Shown one piece after another: positions 45,883-58,447 of a DNA stretch of 64,000 nt. This DNA comes from an uncultured Alphaproteobacteria bacterium. GTDB taxonomy: Bacteria > Pseudomonadota > Alphaproteobacteria > Rhizobiales > Beijerinckiaceae. The stretch spans positions 140,347 to 204,346 of the forward strand of contig CAWEAT010000011.1 in the NCBI GenBank assembly GCA_963806935.1, in the 5' to 3' direction. The position numbers were made by a program, and so were the translations under genes. The notes beneath the pieces were generated by a model that was given only the letters and a program-made list of their open reading frames with translations, did no database searches and had not been told where the DNA came from. The stretch's first letter is position 1, and every line of letters starts with the position of its first letter.

Positions 45883-47916
45883 ATGAAGCGGCTCGTTGTC
45901 GGCGGCATGGCGGTTGTTGTGGGTCTCGGAGCCGCGCTTTGGGTCCTGACGCCGCCGTCTGCGCCGACGTCGATGCTAGCGCCTCCAGCGCTTGATGATG
46001 CGACCGTCGCGCGCGGGGCCTATCTCGCGCGGCTCGGCGATTGCGGCGCCTGCCACACCAGCGAAGGCGGCAAGGAGATGGCCGGCGGCCTCGCATTTGA
46101 CACCCCGATCGGCCGCATCTATTCGACCAACATCACGCCCGATCCGAAGTCTGGCATAGGCGGATACACGCTCGCCCAATTTGAGGGGGCCCTCCGGCGC
46201 GGCGTCAACGCCAATGGCGCAAATGTGTATCCCGCGATGCCCTACCTGTCATTCGCCAAGATTAACGACGACGACGTTAAGGCGCTCTACGCGTACTTCA
46301 TGAAGGGGGTGGAGCCGGTCGAGCAGGCGAACAAGCCCAACGAAATGAGGTTCCCCTTCAACATCCGACTCGGGCTTGGACTCTGGAGGACCGCCTTTCT
46401 GAACAATCGTCGATTCGCTGAAGATTCGTCCAAGGACGAGCAGTGGAATCGTGGCGCTTACATCGTCGAGGGGCTCGGCCATTGCGGCGCTTGCCACACG
46501 CCGCGCGGCATGGGCATGCAGGAGACGGCAACGAGCGAGGATGGCAAGTCCTACCTCTCGGGTTCGACCATCGCGCCGTGGCGCGCAGTCAGTCTTCGCA
46601 ATTTGTGGAGCGAAAAGGAGGTTGTCCAATTCTTGAAAACCGGCGCCAATGCTCATGCCGCCGCCTACGGAAACATGACTGAAGTCGTGCACGACAGTAC
46701 GCAGTATTATACCGACGCCGACCTCGCCGCGGTCGCACACTTTCTGAAATCTCTCTCGACCGACGAAGCCGCGCCGACCATCGCGGCAGAAGCGATTCCG
46801 GAAACCCTCTTTACGACTCGTGGAGGGCTCGGCTACGACCAGTTTTGTTCCTCGTGCCATCAGCGGGACGGGCGCGGCGCGCCCGGCGTCTTCCCGCCGC
46901 TCGCGGGCAATGATTCCGTACTGTCCGACGATCCGATCTCCGTCATTCATGTCGTGCTGACCGGCTGGACGGAGGCGGCGACGCAGTTTTCGAAGCACGC
47001 ATTCGCTATGCCCGAATACAGTTCGCTTAGCGACGCGGAGCTTGCGGAAATCCTGACCTTCGTGCGCACGAGTTGGGGCAACAAAGGCGAGGCGGTCACC
47101 GCCGCGCAGATCAAGGAGCAGCGCGACGCGCTTGCCCCCGTGTCGACCGCGCCAGCGAAATTCTCGGCGGCGCGCTTCGCCGAGATGCTCGCGGCGCCGA
47201 ACGCCGATCAACTCATCCTCGGCATGCGCCTCATGACGGAAACGAAGACCCTCCTGCCCGATCATGTCGGCAACGAGATGAGCTGCGCCAGCTGCCATCT
47301 GGACGGCGGCACCGTCGCTATGGGCTCGCCCTTCAACGGCGTCGCGGCTCTGTTTCCGATGAACAACCCTCGGGCAGGACGGGTCATTTCTCTCGAGGAG
47401 CGGCTCAACGGCTGCTTCTTGCGCTCGATGAACGGGACACGGCTTGCCGACGATTCCAAGGACATGAAGGCCATGATTGCGTTCGTGGCGTGGATGAAGG
47501 GCGATGCGGCCGCGAACGGCAAGATCCCGGGGCGCGGGATCGGCGCGGTGAACGCCGGGCTCATCCCCGATCCGGTTCGCGGCAAAGCGCTGTTCGAGAC
47601 GAACTGCGCCGTCTGCCACGGATCTGATGGGCAAGGCATGAAATCCAGCGACGGCGGCTGGCTCTTCCCGCCGCTTTGGGGCAACGCCTCATTCAACATC
47701 GGCGCTGGAATCGCGCGGACGTTCACCGCCGCGTCCTTTGTCAAGGCGAACATGCCGATCGCGCACACGACCAAATATCCGCAGGGTCAGGGCGGCCTCT
47801 CCGATCAGGACGTTGTCGACATCGCTGAGTACTTCACCCATCAACCGCGACCGGATTTCCCCGCCAAGGTCAGCGACTGGCCGAAAGGGGGAAAGCCTAA
47901 GGATGCAAGATATTGA
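45883..47916 (+). CDS. Five-heme c-type cytochrome: membrane-anchored triheme domain fused to a TsdA-like thiosulfate dehydrogenase
   Basis: CxxCH x5 (CGACH, CGACH, CSSCH, CASCH, CAVCH); TsdA signatures [27 protein letters not shown]. Confidence 0.85.
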   Translation: MKRLVVGGMAVVVGLGAALWVLTPPSAPTSMLAPPALDDATVARGAYLARLGDCGACHTSEGGKEMAGGLAFDTPIGRIYSTNITPDPKSGIGGYTLAQFEGALRRGVNANGANVYPAMPYLSFAKINDDDVKALYAYFMKGVEPVEQANKPNEMRFPFNIRLGLGLWRTAFLNNRRFAEDSSKDEQWNRGAYIVEGLGHCGACHTPRGMGMQETATSEDGKSYLSGSTIAPWRAVSLRNLWSEKEVVQFLKTGANAHAAAYGNMTEVVHDSTQYYTDADLAAVAHFLKSLSTDEAAPTIAAEAIPETLFTTRGGLGYDQFCSSCHQRDGRGAPGVFPPLAGNDSVLSDDPISVIHVVLTGWTEAATQFSKHAFAMPEYSSLSDAELAEILTFVRTSWGNKGEAVTAAQIKEQRDALAPVSTAPAKFSAARFAEMLAAPNADQLILGMRLMTETKTLLPDHVGNEMSCASCHLDGGTVAMGSPFNGVAALFPMNNPRAGRVISLEERLNGCFLRSMNGTRLADDSKDMKAMIAFVAWMKGDAAANGKIPGRGIGAVNAGLIPDPVRGKALFETNCAVCHGSDGQGMKSSDGGWLFPPLWGNASFNIGAGIARTFTAASFVKANMPIAHTTKYPQGQGGLSDQDVVDIAEYFTHQPRPDFPAKVSDWPKGGKPKDARY

Positions 47917-47924
47917 CGATCGAC

Positions 47925-48015
47925 GCCCTCCGCAGTGCTGCGATGTTGCCGCATAGGCCGTGCGACCGCCCTTGAACACGGCCGAGCCGGCGACCAGAGC
48001 CTCGGCCCCGTTGGC
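47925..48015 (-). pseudogene. C-terminal fragment of ribulose-phosphate 3-epimerase (cbbE/rpe)
   Basis: [20 protein letters not shown](ANIAALR with one indel). Confidence 0.65.
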
Positions 48016-48204
48016 GATCATATAGGCGATTGCCTTGTCGGCGGCTTCACCTTCCATTTTGCCGAAGCCCATCGTGCCGACCTGGATGCCCGAGGTGCCC
48101 TGCAGTCGCGCCATCTTGGCGAGGACAAACCCGGTGTAGCCGCGCTTCGACCGCGGCGAGGTCACGGCTCCGTGGCCGGCGTGGTGATAGTGCAGATACT
48201 GCTT
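48016..48204 (-). pseudogene. cbbM: Internal fragment of form II RuBisCO (cbbM)
   Basis: [59 protein letters not shown] matches the form II segment as recalled ([53 protein letters not shown]). Confidence 0.85.
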
Positions 48205-48209
48205 AAGGC

Positions 48210-48992
48210 TCAGAGGCCCCGCGCAGACACGTAGACGCCGACGGCCACGACCGCCGAGCCGAACACAATTCGCAACGCGCCTCTCCGCTTCGCAAGAGCC
48301 CCGGCAAGTCTCACTCCGACCGCACCGCCTGCGAGGCCGCCCGCGATAAACAGCGCCGCGATCCGCCAGTCGACCAGACCGGAGACGGCGTAGCTGGCGG
48401 CAGTCGTCGCGCCGAAGGCGGCGACCGAAACGAGCGAGGTGCCGATCGCCGCGACCATCGGCATGCCGGTCGCCGCGATCAGGCCCGGCACGATCAGGAA
48501 TCCGCCGCCAATACCGAAGAATCCGGCGAGGAGCCCCACCCCGAACCCCATCGCGATCAACGGAGGGAGGAGACGTCCCGCTGTCGCCGAGGTAAGCTCG
48601 ACGTCGGCATGCTTGATCTTGCGCGGCCCTATCAGCATGACCGCTCCGACGACGATCATGAGCAGCCCGAACAAGAGCAGCAGACGTTGGCCGTCGACCA
48701 TTTTGGCGACGCTGGAACCGAAGAATGCGCCGAGGACCCCGGCTGTGGAGAAGACGCCCGCGCACGGCCATTTGACATTGCCCGAGCGCGCATGAGCCAG
48801 AAGATTGGCGATCGCGCTGATGCTGACCGCGATGGCGCTGGTCCCGATCGCGACATGAGGCGAAGGAACCCCGACGCCGTATACCAGCAACGGAACTGCA
48901 AGAACCGATCCGCCGCCGCCGACGAGGCCGAGAACCCCGCCGACGAGGCCTCCGACGGCCACCGTTGTAAAATCCGAGATCGACAACACCAT
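48210..48992 (-). CDS. TauE/SafE sulfite exporter family protein
   Basis: Repeated GxxxGxxGxGGG motifs ([14 protein letters not shown]; [14 protein letters not shown]), AIGTS. Confidence 0.88.
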   Translation of the reverse strand: MVLSISDFTTVAVGGLVGGVLGLVGGGGSVLAVPLLVYGVGVPSPHVAIGTSAIAVSISAIANLLAHARSGNVKWPCAGVFSTAGVLGAFFGSSVAKMVDGQRLLLLFGLLMIVVGAVMLIGPRKIKHADVELTSATAGRLLPPLIAMGFGVGLLAGFFGIGGGFLIVPGLIAATGMPMVAAIGTSLVSVAAFGATTAASYAVSGLVDWRIAALFIAGGLAGGAVGVRLAGALAKRRGALRIVFGSAVVAVGVYVSARGL

Positions 48993-49155
48993 CGATCCTC
49001 GCAAGGTCACAACTGGAGCTTGCAAATCAGAATCGCCCGAACCCGGTTCCGGCGCTCTCGCACTGAAAGCCCTCGAGGTGTTGCGACACCGTCTTGATGT
49101 CTTTGACCTTGCTGCGGCACGTGCGAACAATAGACCAAGGAGGACAAGTGCTCGA

Positions 49156-50445
49156 TCACGTGGTCTCGAATTCGACGGCCTTGAGCTTCTCGATCCCGAG
49201 CAGGTTGAGAGCCAGAGACTCGTAGAAAGGCTCGCTTTCGCCCTTGCGCATCTTGCGCAGGAAGTATTTCTCGAAGCCGATCTTGGCAGCGTGAACCCAC
49301 TTCCCCGAAGAGGACCAGTTGACGTTGCGCGGCGGAATCTGGGGCTGGGCGACGAAGGCGATACCCGAATCGCCGAAGTCGGCGAGGCACACCGCGTTCC
49401 AGGTGCCCTGGAACCTGGGCTTGGCGCCCCGCAGGATCTGCCCGAGGTTTCGAGCGGTCGCCGTCACCATCAATTCGATCATGAAGCCAGTCTTTGGCAC
49501 GCCGCAAGGCACCGGGGTGGGGCCGACCGGCGGGATCGCGACGCAGACGCCGACAGAAAAGACGTTCCGGAATGTTGGGTTCTGCTGGTGCTCGTCGACG
49601 ATAACGAAACCCCGCGGATTGACAAGTCCCTCCACGCCGCGCAGCGGCGCGATGCCGCGGAACGCGGGCAGGATCATCGAGAAGCCGAAGGGCAGTTCGC
49701 GGGTTGCCTTGACGGTGCCGTCATCGCCGACCTCCTCGACCGTCATCTTGCCCTGCTCGACTTTCTTGATGCGGGCGCTCGTGATCCACTTGATGTGATG
49801 ATCGCGCATCTCGCTTTCGAGCAGGCCTTTCGTATCTCCGACCCCGTCGAGGCCGAGGTGGCCGATGTAGGGTTCGGCGGTGACAAAGGTCATCGGGACC
49901 TTGTCGCGGATTTTGCGGCGGCGCAGTTCGGTCTCGAGAATGAACATGAACTCGTAAGCAGGTCCAAAGCAGGACGCGCCCTGCGCGGCGCCGATCACGA
50001 CCGGACCGGGGTCCTTGCAGAACGCCTCGAAATTGTCCGCCGCCTTCTCGGCATGGTCGATGTGGCAGATCGAGTTCGTGAAGCCGTCGGGGCCGAGCCC
50101 TTCGACTTCATCGAACGCCAGTTCGGGCCCTGTCGCGATGATCAGGTAATCGTACCGGATCGACGAACCGTCCGCCGTCTCGACCGTGTTCTCCTTTGGC
50201 GACGCTTTCGCCACCGCGCTCGGCTTGAAGCCAATTCCGCGCTTGGCGAATGTCCGCGCGAGATCAACCTGAATCAACTCGCGCGTTCTCCATCCGACTG
50301 GAACCCACGGATTGGACGGAACGAAATGATAAAGCGGATCCTTGGTGACGACAGTCAGCCTGTCCTCAGGGCGCATCTGATCCTTCATCTCGTAGGCCAT
50401 GATCGCGCCGCTGAGCCCGGCGCCCATGATCACGATGTCAGCCAT
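49156..50445 (-). CDS. sqr: Sulfide:quinone oxidoreductase, type I (SqrA-like)
   Basis: GAGLSG FAD site, FVPSNPWV, SICH, ASCFGPAYE, VPKTGFMIE, AVCLADFG; close to R. capsulatus SQR as recalled. Confidence 0.93.
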   Translation of the reverse strand: MADIVIMGAGLSGAIMAYEMKDQMRPEDRLTVVTKDPLYHFVPSNPWVPVGWRTRELIQVDLARTFAKRGIGFKPSAVAKASPKENTVETADGSSIRYDYLIIATGPELAFDEVEGLGPDGFTNSICHIDHAEKAADNFEAFCKDPGPVVIGAAQGASCFGPAYEFMFILETELRRRKIRDKVPMTFVTAEPYIGHLGLDGVGDTKGLLESEMRDHHIKWITSARIKKVEQGKMTVEEVGDDGTVKATRELPFGFSMILPAFRGIAPLRGVEGLVNPRGFVIVDEHQQNPTFRNVFSVGVCVAIPPVGPTPVPCGVPKTGFMIELMVTATARNLGQILRGAKPRFQGTWNAVCLADFGDSGIAFVAQPQIPPRNVNWSSSGKWVHAAKIGFEKYFLRKMRKGESEPFYESLALNLLGIEKLKAVEFETT

Positions 50446-50543
50446 CTGTTTCTCTCCCCATACGGAACCGTTCAGTGGCCCAGCTGATTTTCGCCGAAAC
50501 CCTCGTTATTCTATAATATCTGAATTCGTCAATATTTAATGCT

Positions 50544-51620
50544 GGCGCTTATAGCGATACCTGTTGATATATGAAGGCTGAAGAGTTCGTCGTTTTCGGG
50601 CGTTGGGCGGCTGAGCGTCGAGCAACGCCGGGAAGTGGCGGCCGCTTTGGCGAATCTGGATGGCGGGCTCAGACGGGCGGGAGAAACGGAGGCCTCCGCG
50701 GCCGGCGGGGCGAGGTACAACGGCGCGCAGCGGGGTCGTCGTGCGGATGCTTTGGGGACGAGCGGCCATGAGCGCGTGGCGAGCCAAGGCTGTCCCCATT
50801 GCGCAGGACGAGCGATCGTCGCCTGGGGACGCTCGCATGGGCTTTCGCGGTTCCGCTGCAAGAGCTGCGGGCGCACCTTCAATGCGCTCACCAAGACGGC
50901 GATGGCGCATCTGCACAAAAGGGAGCGTTGGTTCGACCACGCTCGGGCGATGATCGAGGGCAAAAGCCTGGCCAGGACGGCCGAGCTTTGCGGAGTGCAT
51001 CCGACGACGGCGTTTCGCTGGCGGCATCGGTTTCTGAGCGCTCCGGGCGCCGACAAGCCCAGAAAACTGAGCGGAATCGTCGAGGTGGACGAAACCTTCA
51101 TCCTTGAATCCTTCAAGGGCCGGTGGTCTGATCTGCCGCGCAAGGCTTAGCAAACGGGGCGGGCCGGCCAGGCATCCGGGCCTCCATTCGGACAACATTC
51201 CCGTTCTCGTCGCCCGCGACCGGCGGGGCGCGACCTTCGACGCAGTCCTGCCGCACGACGACAGCGCCTCGATCGGAGCGGCGCTGGCCGGCGTCGTGAC
51301 GGGCGAAAATATCTCATCGGCGACGGCGGGAAGGCGATCGCCGCCTTCGCCCGCAAAGCCAACATCCCCTTTCACGCCGTGCCTGCGCCGGGCAAGCCGA
51401 CCGCCGAGGCGCCTCACCTCCACATCAACAACGTCAACGCCTATCACGGCCGCCTCAAGCAGTGGCTCAATCGCTTCAACGGCGTCGCCACCAAGAACCT
51501 GCCCAACTATCTTGGCTGGCGCCGCGCTCTCGAAGCCTGGGGCGATCAAGCCACGCCCCAGACCTGGATCAAGGGCGCAATCGGAAACGGCCCATATCAA
51601 CAGGTACCGCTATAAGCGCC
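50544..51620 (+). mobile_element. IS1595-family element, transposase decayed
   Basis: 27-bp IRs GGCGCTTATAGCG(A/G)TACCTGTTGATAT; TSD TTAATGCT/TTAATGCC; Zn ribbon CPHC...RFRCKSC, VEVDET, HINNVNAYH; several frameshifts. Confidence 0.9.
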
Positions 51621-51769
51621 TTAATGCCGATCTGCAACAAATTGTCCATTGCAAGGGGTCTTCGCCTGTTGATTTCCACTGAGAGGTGACCCGGGCGCCA
51701 CGGGTTTTTCCACCGAGAACTGACCCATGTTCGAACCCTTCCCCCTTGGCCTAGGCGGGGGACGATGGA

Positions 51770-53311
51770 GTGATCGACATGGAGTTACTGAGCGTCATCC
51801 GACGCTGGCACTGCCGGGACCATTTCTCGATCCGAGAGATATCGCGGCGCACGGGGCTGTCGAGGAACACAGTCCGCAAATATCTGCGCTCGGACACCGT
51901 TGAACCGAGGTTCAACATCCCTGACCGCCCGAGCAAGCTGGACCCTTACGCCGACAAGCTGTCGCATATGCTGCGGCAGGAGGCGGGGAAGTCCCGCAAG
52001 CAGAAGCGGACGACCAAGCAATTGCACGCCGATCTGGCCGCCCTCGGTTACGACGGCTCCTACAATCGCGTGGCGGCCTTCGCTCGCGACTGGAAGGCCG
52101 CTCGGCAACAGGAACAGAAGACGTGCGGCCGCGGCGTGTTCGTGCCGCTGGCGTTTTTGCCGGGCGAGGCGTTCCAGTTCGACTGGTCGGAAGATTGGGC
52201 GATCATTGCCGGCGAGCGAACCAAGCTGCAGGTCGCTCACTTCAAACTGTCCTGCAGCCGCGCCTTCTTCCTCCGGGCCTACCCGCAGCAGACCCACGAG
52301 ATGCTGTTCGACGCCCATAACCACGCCTTCCGCGTGCTGGGCGGCGTTCCCCGGCGAGGCATCTACGACAACATGCGCACTGCGGTCGACAAAGTCGGGC
52401 GCGGCAAGAACCGCCAGGTCAACGCACGGTTCGCAGCCATGGTCAGCCACTTCCTGTTCGAGGCGGAGTTCTGCAATCCGGCGTCCGGTTGGGAGAAGGG
52501 GCAGATCGAGAAGAACGTCCAGGACGCCCGCCATCGGCTCTGGCAGCCCATGCCCAGCTTCCCCTCCCTGGCGGCGCTGAACGACTGGCTGGAGATGCGA
52601 TGCAGGGAGCTGTGGGAGCAGACGCCGCACGCCTCGCATCCTGGCGCGATTGCCGACGCCTGGGCCGAAGAGGTCCAGCATCTGATGCAGCCTTCGCGCC
52701 CGTTCGACGGCTTCGTCGAATACGCCAAGCGCGTGTCGCCGACGTGCCTGGTCCATCTGGACCGCAATCGCTATAGCGTGCCGGCCTCCTTCGCCAATCG
52801 TCCAGTCAGCGTACGAGTTTATCCCGAACGCATCGTTGTCGCCGCCGAGGGACAAGTCGTCTGCGAACATCGCCGCGTTTTTGCCCGCTCCCACCAACGC
52901 AAGAGCACGACCACCGTTTTCGACTGGCGGCACTATCTGGCGGTCATTCAGCGCAAACCGGGCGCACTCCGCAACGGCGCGCCGTTCGCCGAACTCCCGC
53001 CTGCCTTCCGTGCCTTGCAACAGCGCATGCTCAAGACGCCGGGCGGCGACCGCGAGATGGTCGAGATTCTGGCTCTCGTCCTCCAGCATGACGAGCAGGC
53101 CGTGCTCACTGCCGTCGAACTGGCTCTGGAGGCCGGCGTGCCGACCAAGACGCACATTCTGAACCTGCTGCACCGATTGATCGACGGCAAGCCGATCGAC
53201 CCACCAGCCGTGAAGCCGCCTAATGCTTTGACCCTCACCACCGAACCGCAGGCCAACGTCGAACGCTACGATGCGCTGCGCAAGGCTCGAGAGGCGCGCC
53301 ATGCGTCATAA
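51770..53311 (+). CDS. istA: IS21 transposase IstA
   Basis: [22 protein letters not shown]. Confidence 0.92.
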   Translation: MIDMELLSVIRRWHCRDHFSIREISRRTGLSRNTVRKYLRSDTVEPRFNIPDRPSKLDPYADKLSHMLRQEAGKSRKQKRTTKQLHADLAALGYDGSYNRVAAFARDWKAARQQEQKTCGRGVFVPLAFLPGEAFQFDWSEDWAIIAGERTKLQVAHFKLSCSRAFFLRAYPQQTHEMLFDAHNHAFRVLGGVPRRGIYDNMRTAVDKVGRGKNRQVNARFAAMVSHFLFEAEFCNPASGWEKGQIEKNVQDARHRLWQPMPSFPSLAALNDWLEMRCRELWEQTPHASHPGAIADAWAEEVQHLMQPSRPFDGFVEYAKRVSPTCLVHLDRNRYSVPASFANRPVSVRVYPERIVVAAEGQVVCEHRRVFARSHQRKSTTTVFDWRHYLAVIQRKPGALRNGAPFAELPPAFRALQQRMLKTPGGDREMVEILALVLQHDEQAVLTAVELALEAGVPTKTHILNLLHRLIDGKPIDPPAVKPPNALTLTTEPQANVERYDALRKAREARHAS

Positions 53312-54095
53312 TCCCGCCGCCGGCGCCGTCGTCATCATGCTGCGAACCCTCAAGATGCACGGTATGGCTCAGGCGGTCGGCGAGCTGACCGAGCAAGGCT
53401 CCCCGGCCTTCGAAGCCGCAGTGCCGATCCTGTCGCAGCTTCTGAAAGCGGAGACGGCCGATAGGGAGGTGAGATCGACGGCCTATCAGCTCAAGGCCGC
53501 CCGCTTTCCGAACTATCGCGACCTTGCCGGCTTCGACTTCGCCAGCAGCGAGGTCAACGAGGCGCTCACACGTCAACTCCATCGTTGCGAGTTCCTGGAA
53601 GACGCCCACAATGTCGTCCTGGTCGGCGGCCCCGGCACGGGCAAGACGCATCTCGCCACCGCGATCGGCGTCCAGGCGATCGAGCATCATCGCAAGCGCG
53701 TCCGCTTCTTCTCCACCGTCGAACTCGTCAACGCTCTCGAACAAGAGAAGCTTCAGGGCAAGCCAGGACAGATCGCCGCCCGGCTCACTCACTCCGATCT
53801 CGTCATCCTCGACGAGCTTGGCTACCTGCCGTTCAGCGCCTCCGGCGGGGCGTTGCTCTTCCATCTGCTGAGCAAGCTCTACGAGCGTGCCAGCGTCATC
53901 ATCACAACCAATCTCAGCTTCGGCGAGTGGGCAACCGTGTTCGGCGACCCGAAGATGACGACCGCTCTACTCGATCGTCTCACCCACCGCTGCCACATTC
54001 TCGAAACCGGAAACGACAGCTTCCGCTTCAAGAACAGCTCGGCGAAAGCCGCCAAACCCGCAAAGGAGAAACCTCGAAACTTGACGAACGCCTGA
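53301..54095 (+). CDS. istB: IS21 helper ATPase IstB
   Basis: [30 protein letters not shown]. Confidence 0.92.
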   Translation: MRHNPAAGAVVIMLRTLKMHGMAQAVGELTEQGSPAFEAAVPILSQLLKAETADREVRSTAYQLKAARFPNYRDLAGFDFASSEVNEALTRQLHRCEFLEDAHNVVLVGGPGTGKTHLATAIGVQAIEHHRKRVRFFSTVELVNALEQEKLQGKPGQIAARLTHSDLVILDELGYLPFSASGGALLFHLLSKLYERASVIITTNLSFGEWATVFGDPKMTTALLDRLTHRCHILETGNDSFRFKNSSAKAAKPAKEKPRNLTNA

Positions 54096-54169
54096 TCCCA
54101 AAACCATCATCAAGCCGGGTCAGTTCTCAATGGAAATCCCGGGTCAGTTCTCGACGGAAATCGACATTC

Positions 54170-54430
54170 GCCTTCAGCGTGCCGGCGAAGTCGATTTCTG
54201 TCAGCACTGTGCGTGCGCCTTGCTGAACGCGCTGCGCGAGCGCATGCCGGAGTAGCAGATCAGCACCACCCGTTTTTCGGAAGGCATGCGCTGCGGGTTG
54301 AGGGCGGCATGTTGAGCGACCTCGGCATATGCGCCGAGGCGAACTCGTGCGCCTCGCGCACGTCGACCACGCACTTGCCGGCCTCGACGGCCTGCTCGAA
54401 TTCCTCATGTTCGATTGTCCGCGGATCGGG
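54170..54430 (-). pseudogene. Rhodanese-like sulfurtransferase remnant
   Basis: IEHEEFEQAVEAGKCVVDVREAHEFASAHMP.SLNMP, then after a frameshift EKRVVLICYSGMRSRSA active-site loop; abuts IS21. Confidence 0.75.
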
Positions 54431-54482
54431 TCCAGACCGATCTTTTTTAAGTCAACCTTCGGTCTTCCACATGAAATATCAT

Positions 54483-54509
54483 TTGGCACTCTCTTGCAAC
54501 GAGTGCTGC
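54483..54509 (+). promoter_or_regulatory. CIRCE-like HrcA operator
   Basis: TTGGCACTC-N9-GAGTGCTGC upstream of groES. Confidence 0.75.
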
Positions 54510-54606
54510 CAACCGCCATATTGAGATTTGGATCGAGCCGAACAGCAGCGTTCCGTGAAGCGATTTCGCTTCTCCTGTTGATGCCTGCCGACCAGAAAAG
54601 AGTCCC

Positions 54607-56605
<1,999 letters not shown>

Positions 56606-56717
56606 GCGCCCTTTAAAGAGAAGACCTGCTGGGCCTCGGCGACGGCTCCACTGGAATGTGTCGCCTGATACTCAGAAAGGGGCGGAATTTTTCCGCCCCG
56701 ATCGGGAGGAGAGGCTC

Positions 56718-57083
56718 ATGCAAAATGTGGCTTGGTATCAGGGTGACGCGCTGAAGCGGCTCCTGCAGGGCGCCGCTGTCGGCGTCGCCGCGACTGTCGC
56801 CATCGGCTTCGGCTGGGGCGGGTGGATGCTCGGAAGCTCGGCGAAGACCCTGGCGGAGAGCACAGCCAGCAGCGCCGTGGTCGCCGCGATCGCGCCGATC
56901 TGCGTCGACCAGTTCCAACGCAGCGCCGACGCCGCAATGAACCTGACAGCGCTGAAAAAGACCAACTCCTGGCAGCAGGCGGCTTATGTCGAAAAAGGCG
57001 GCTGGGCCGTGATGCCTGGCAGCAAGGCGGCCGATTCCGGCGTGCCCCAGGCATGCGCCGCTCTGCTCAGCAACCTGAAATAG
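56718..57083 (+). CDS. Conserved hypothetical membrane-anchored protein
   Basis: RBS GGAGG; IGFGWGGWM..., PICVDQF...ACA pattern. Confidence 0.65.
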   Translation: MQNVAWYQGDALKRLLQGAAVGVAATVAIGFGWGGWMLGSSAKTLAESTASSAVVAAIAPICVDQFQRSADAAMNLTALKKTNSWQQAAYVEKGGWAVMPGSKAADSGVPQACAALLSNLK

Positions 57084-57296
57084 GTTCGCTCGGCGACGCC
57101 GAGCACGACGATCGACGGTCGGCGCGATGTTCGCGGCTAAACGCATGCTCATCGGGTCGGCCAGTCAGGGACATCCGCGACGCTGTTTCGTCCCGCAGCT
57201 GTAGCGCGCCCCATCAATCGGTTACTGTGGCTTTCCGGCGAGTTCGGCGCGGCGCGCGCCCGTCGCTCGTCTTCAACGGCGCGCGCCTTGCACAAC

Positions 57297-58385
57297 TTAG
57301 CCGGTAAGGCGCGCCCGCGGCACGCTAAGCCGAATGACGAGGCCTTCCGGCTTCCAATCCCGCGAGACGTCTCCTCCAAGCTGGCCCGATACAGTCGCGC
57401 GAACGAGAACCTCGCCGAATCCGCTCGCCCCATTAGGGGGAGAGACAGAAGGTCCTCCGCGCTCTGACCAGGTAATGACAACGGTTTCGGCCTTATCCGC
57501 GCAATGAATTTGGACTTGGCCGGCAGTCGTGGAAAGCGCGCCATACTTTGCAGAATTTGTGGCGAACTCGTTCAGCAGCAGCGCAAGGCTGGAGATCGAT
57601 GACCCCGAAATCTCCATATCGCAGCCCACGATCGAAAGTCGGCGCGCGGCTCCATCGTGGTCGTGGTAAGGCGCGATAATCGCCTCGATGAGAGAATGCA
57701 GCGTGGCCGGCTTCGCGGCATGCGCTGGGTCGGCGGGAATGTGCGCCAAAGTCAGTGAATGCGCCCGCGCAAGGGCTGACAGACGAGCGCTCGCGGACTC
57801 AATAAGTTGCGAGACGCTGCCAGCGGAGCGAGCGCTCAAACTCAGGACGCTGATCGCGAGAGCGAACAGATTCTTGATGCGGTGATCCATTTCGCGAAGG
57901 AGAAGCTCTTGTCGCGCCCGCGCCCGTTTGCTCTCGCTGATGTCACGGGCGATTTTCGAGGCGGCGACGACTTCGCCCTTCTCGTTTTTGATCGGCGAAA
58001 CGGTGAGGGAAATATCGACGAGGCTCCCGTCCTTGCGCCGTCGAATCGTCTCATAGTGATCAACGCCTTCGCCGCGGCGGACACGTTCGAGGATCATGGG
58101 CTCTTCGTTGTGGAGATCCTCCGGAATGAGGATCGTAACGGGCCTCCCCACGGCCTCTTGCGCGCTATAGCCGAAGAGGAGCTCGGCGCCACAATTCCAA
58201 GTCAAAATAATGCCGTTCAGATCCTTGGAAAGGATCGCGTCGTCCGACAATTCAATGATGGCCGCATAGTGCTGCGCGGCGCCTTCGCCGGTTAGACCCT
58301 CCGGCGCTCGCGTAGGGCCTGATCCTCCTGCTATGGTCCGCCCTCCAGTTGCCTCCAGTCGTCCGGATGGTTGCTCACCCGCCAC
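57297..58385 (-). CDS. PAS-domain HWE-family histidine kinase
   Basis: PAS (SDDAILSKDLNG...WNCGAE), REMDHRIKNL H-box, NEFATNSAKYGAL, WSERGGP. Confidence 0.88.
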   Translation of the reverse strand: MAGEQPSGRLEATGGRTIAGGSGPTRAPEGLTGEGAAQHYAAIIELSDDAILSKDLNGIILTWNCGAELLFGYSAQEAVGRPVTILIPEDLHNEEPMILERVRRGEGVDHYETIRRRKDGSLVDISLTVSPIKNEKGEVVAASKIARDISESKRARARQELLLREMDHRIKNLFALAISVLSLSARSAGSVSQLIESASARLSALARAHSLTLAHIPADPAHAAKPATLHSLIEAIIAPYHDHDGAARRLSIVGCDMEISGSSISSLALLLNEFATNSAKYGALSTTAGQVQIHCADKAETVVITWSERGGPSVSPPNGASGFGEVLVRATVSGQLGGDVSRDWKPEGLVIRLSVPRARLTG

Positions 58386-58447
58386 GATGCACGACTACTA
58401 TATGGGCGCGCCGTCCGCCGCGAGTCTAGTTCGACCCGGAGCCATCG

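Larger units (their letters stand above)
51667..54166 (+). mobile_element. IS21-family element (2500 bp), intact
   Basis: TG...CA ends with internal repeats; 6-bp TSD TTCGCC. Confidence 0.93.

Noticed and set aside
47689-48771. 360-aa ORF overlapping tauE
   Set aside because: Chance open frame that runs through tauE in another frame and then the cbbM/rpe fossil; not a coherent protein
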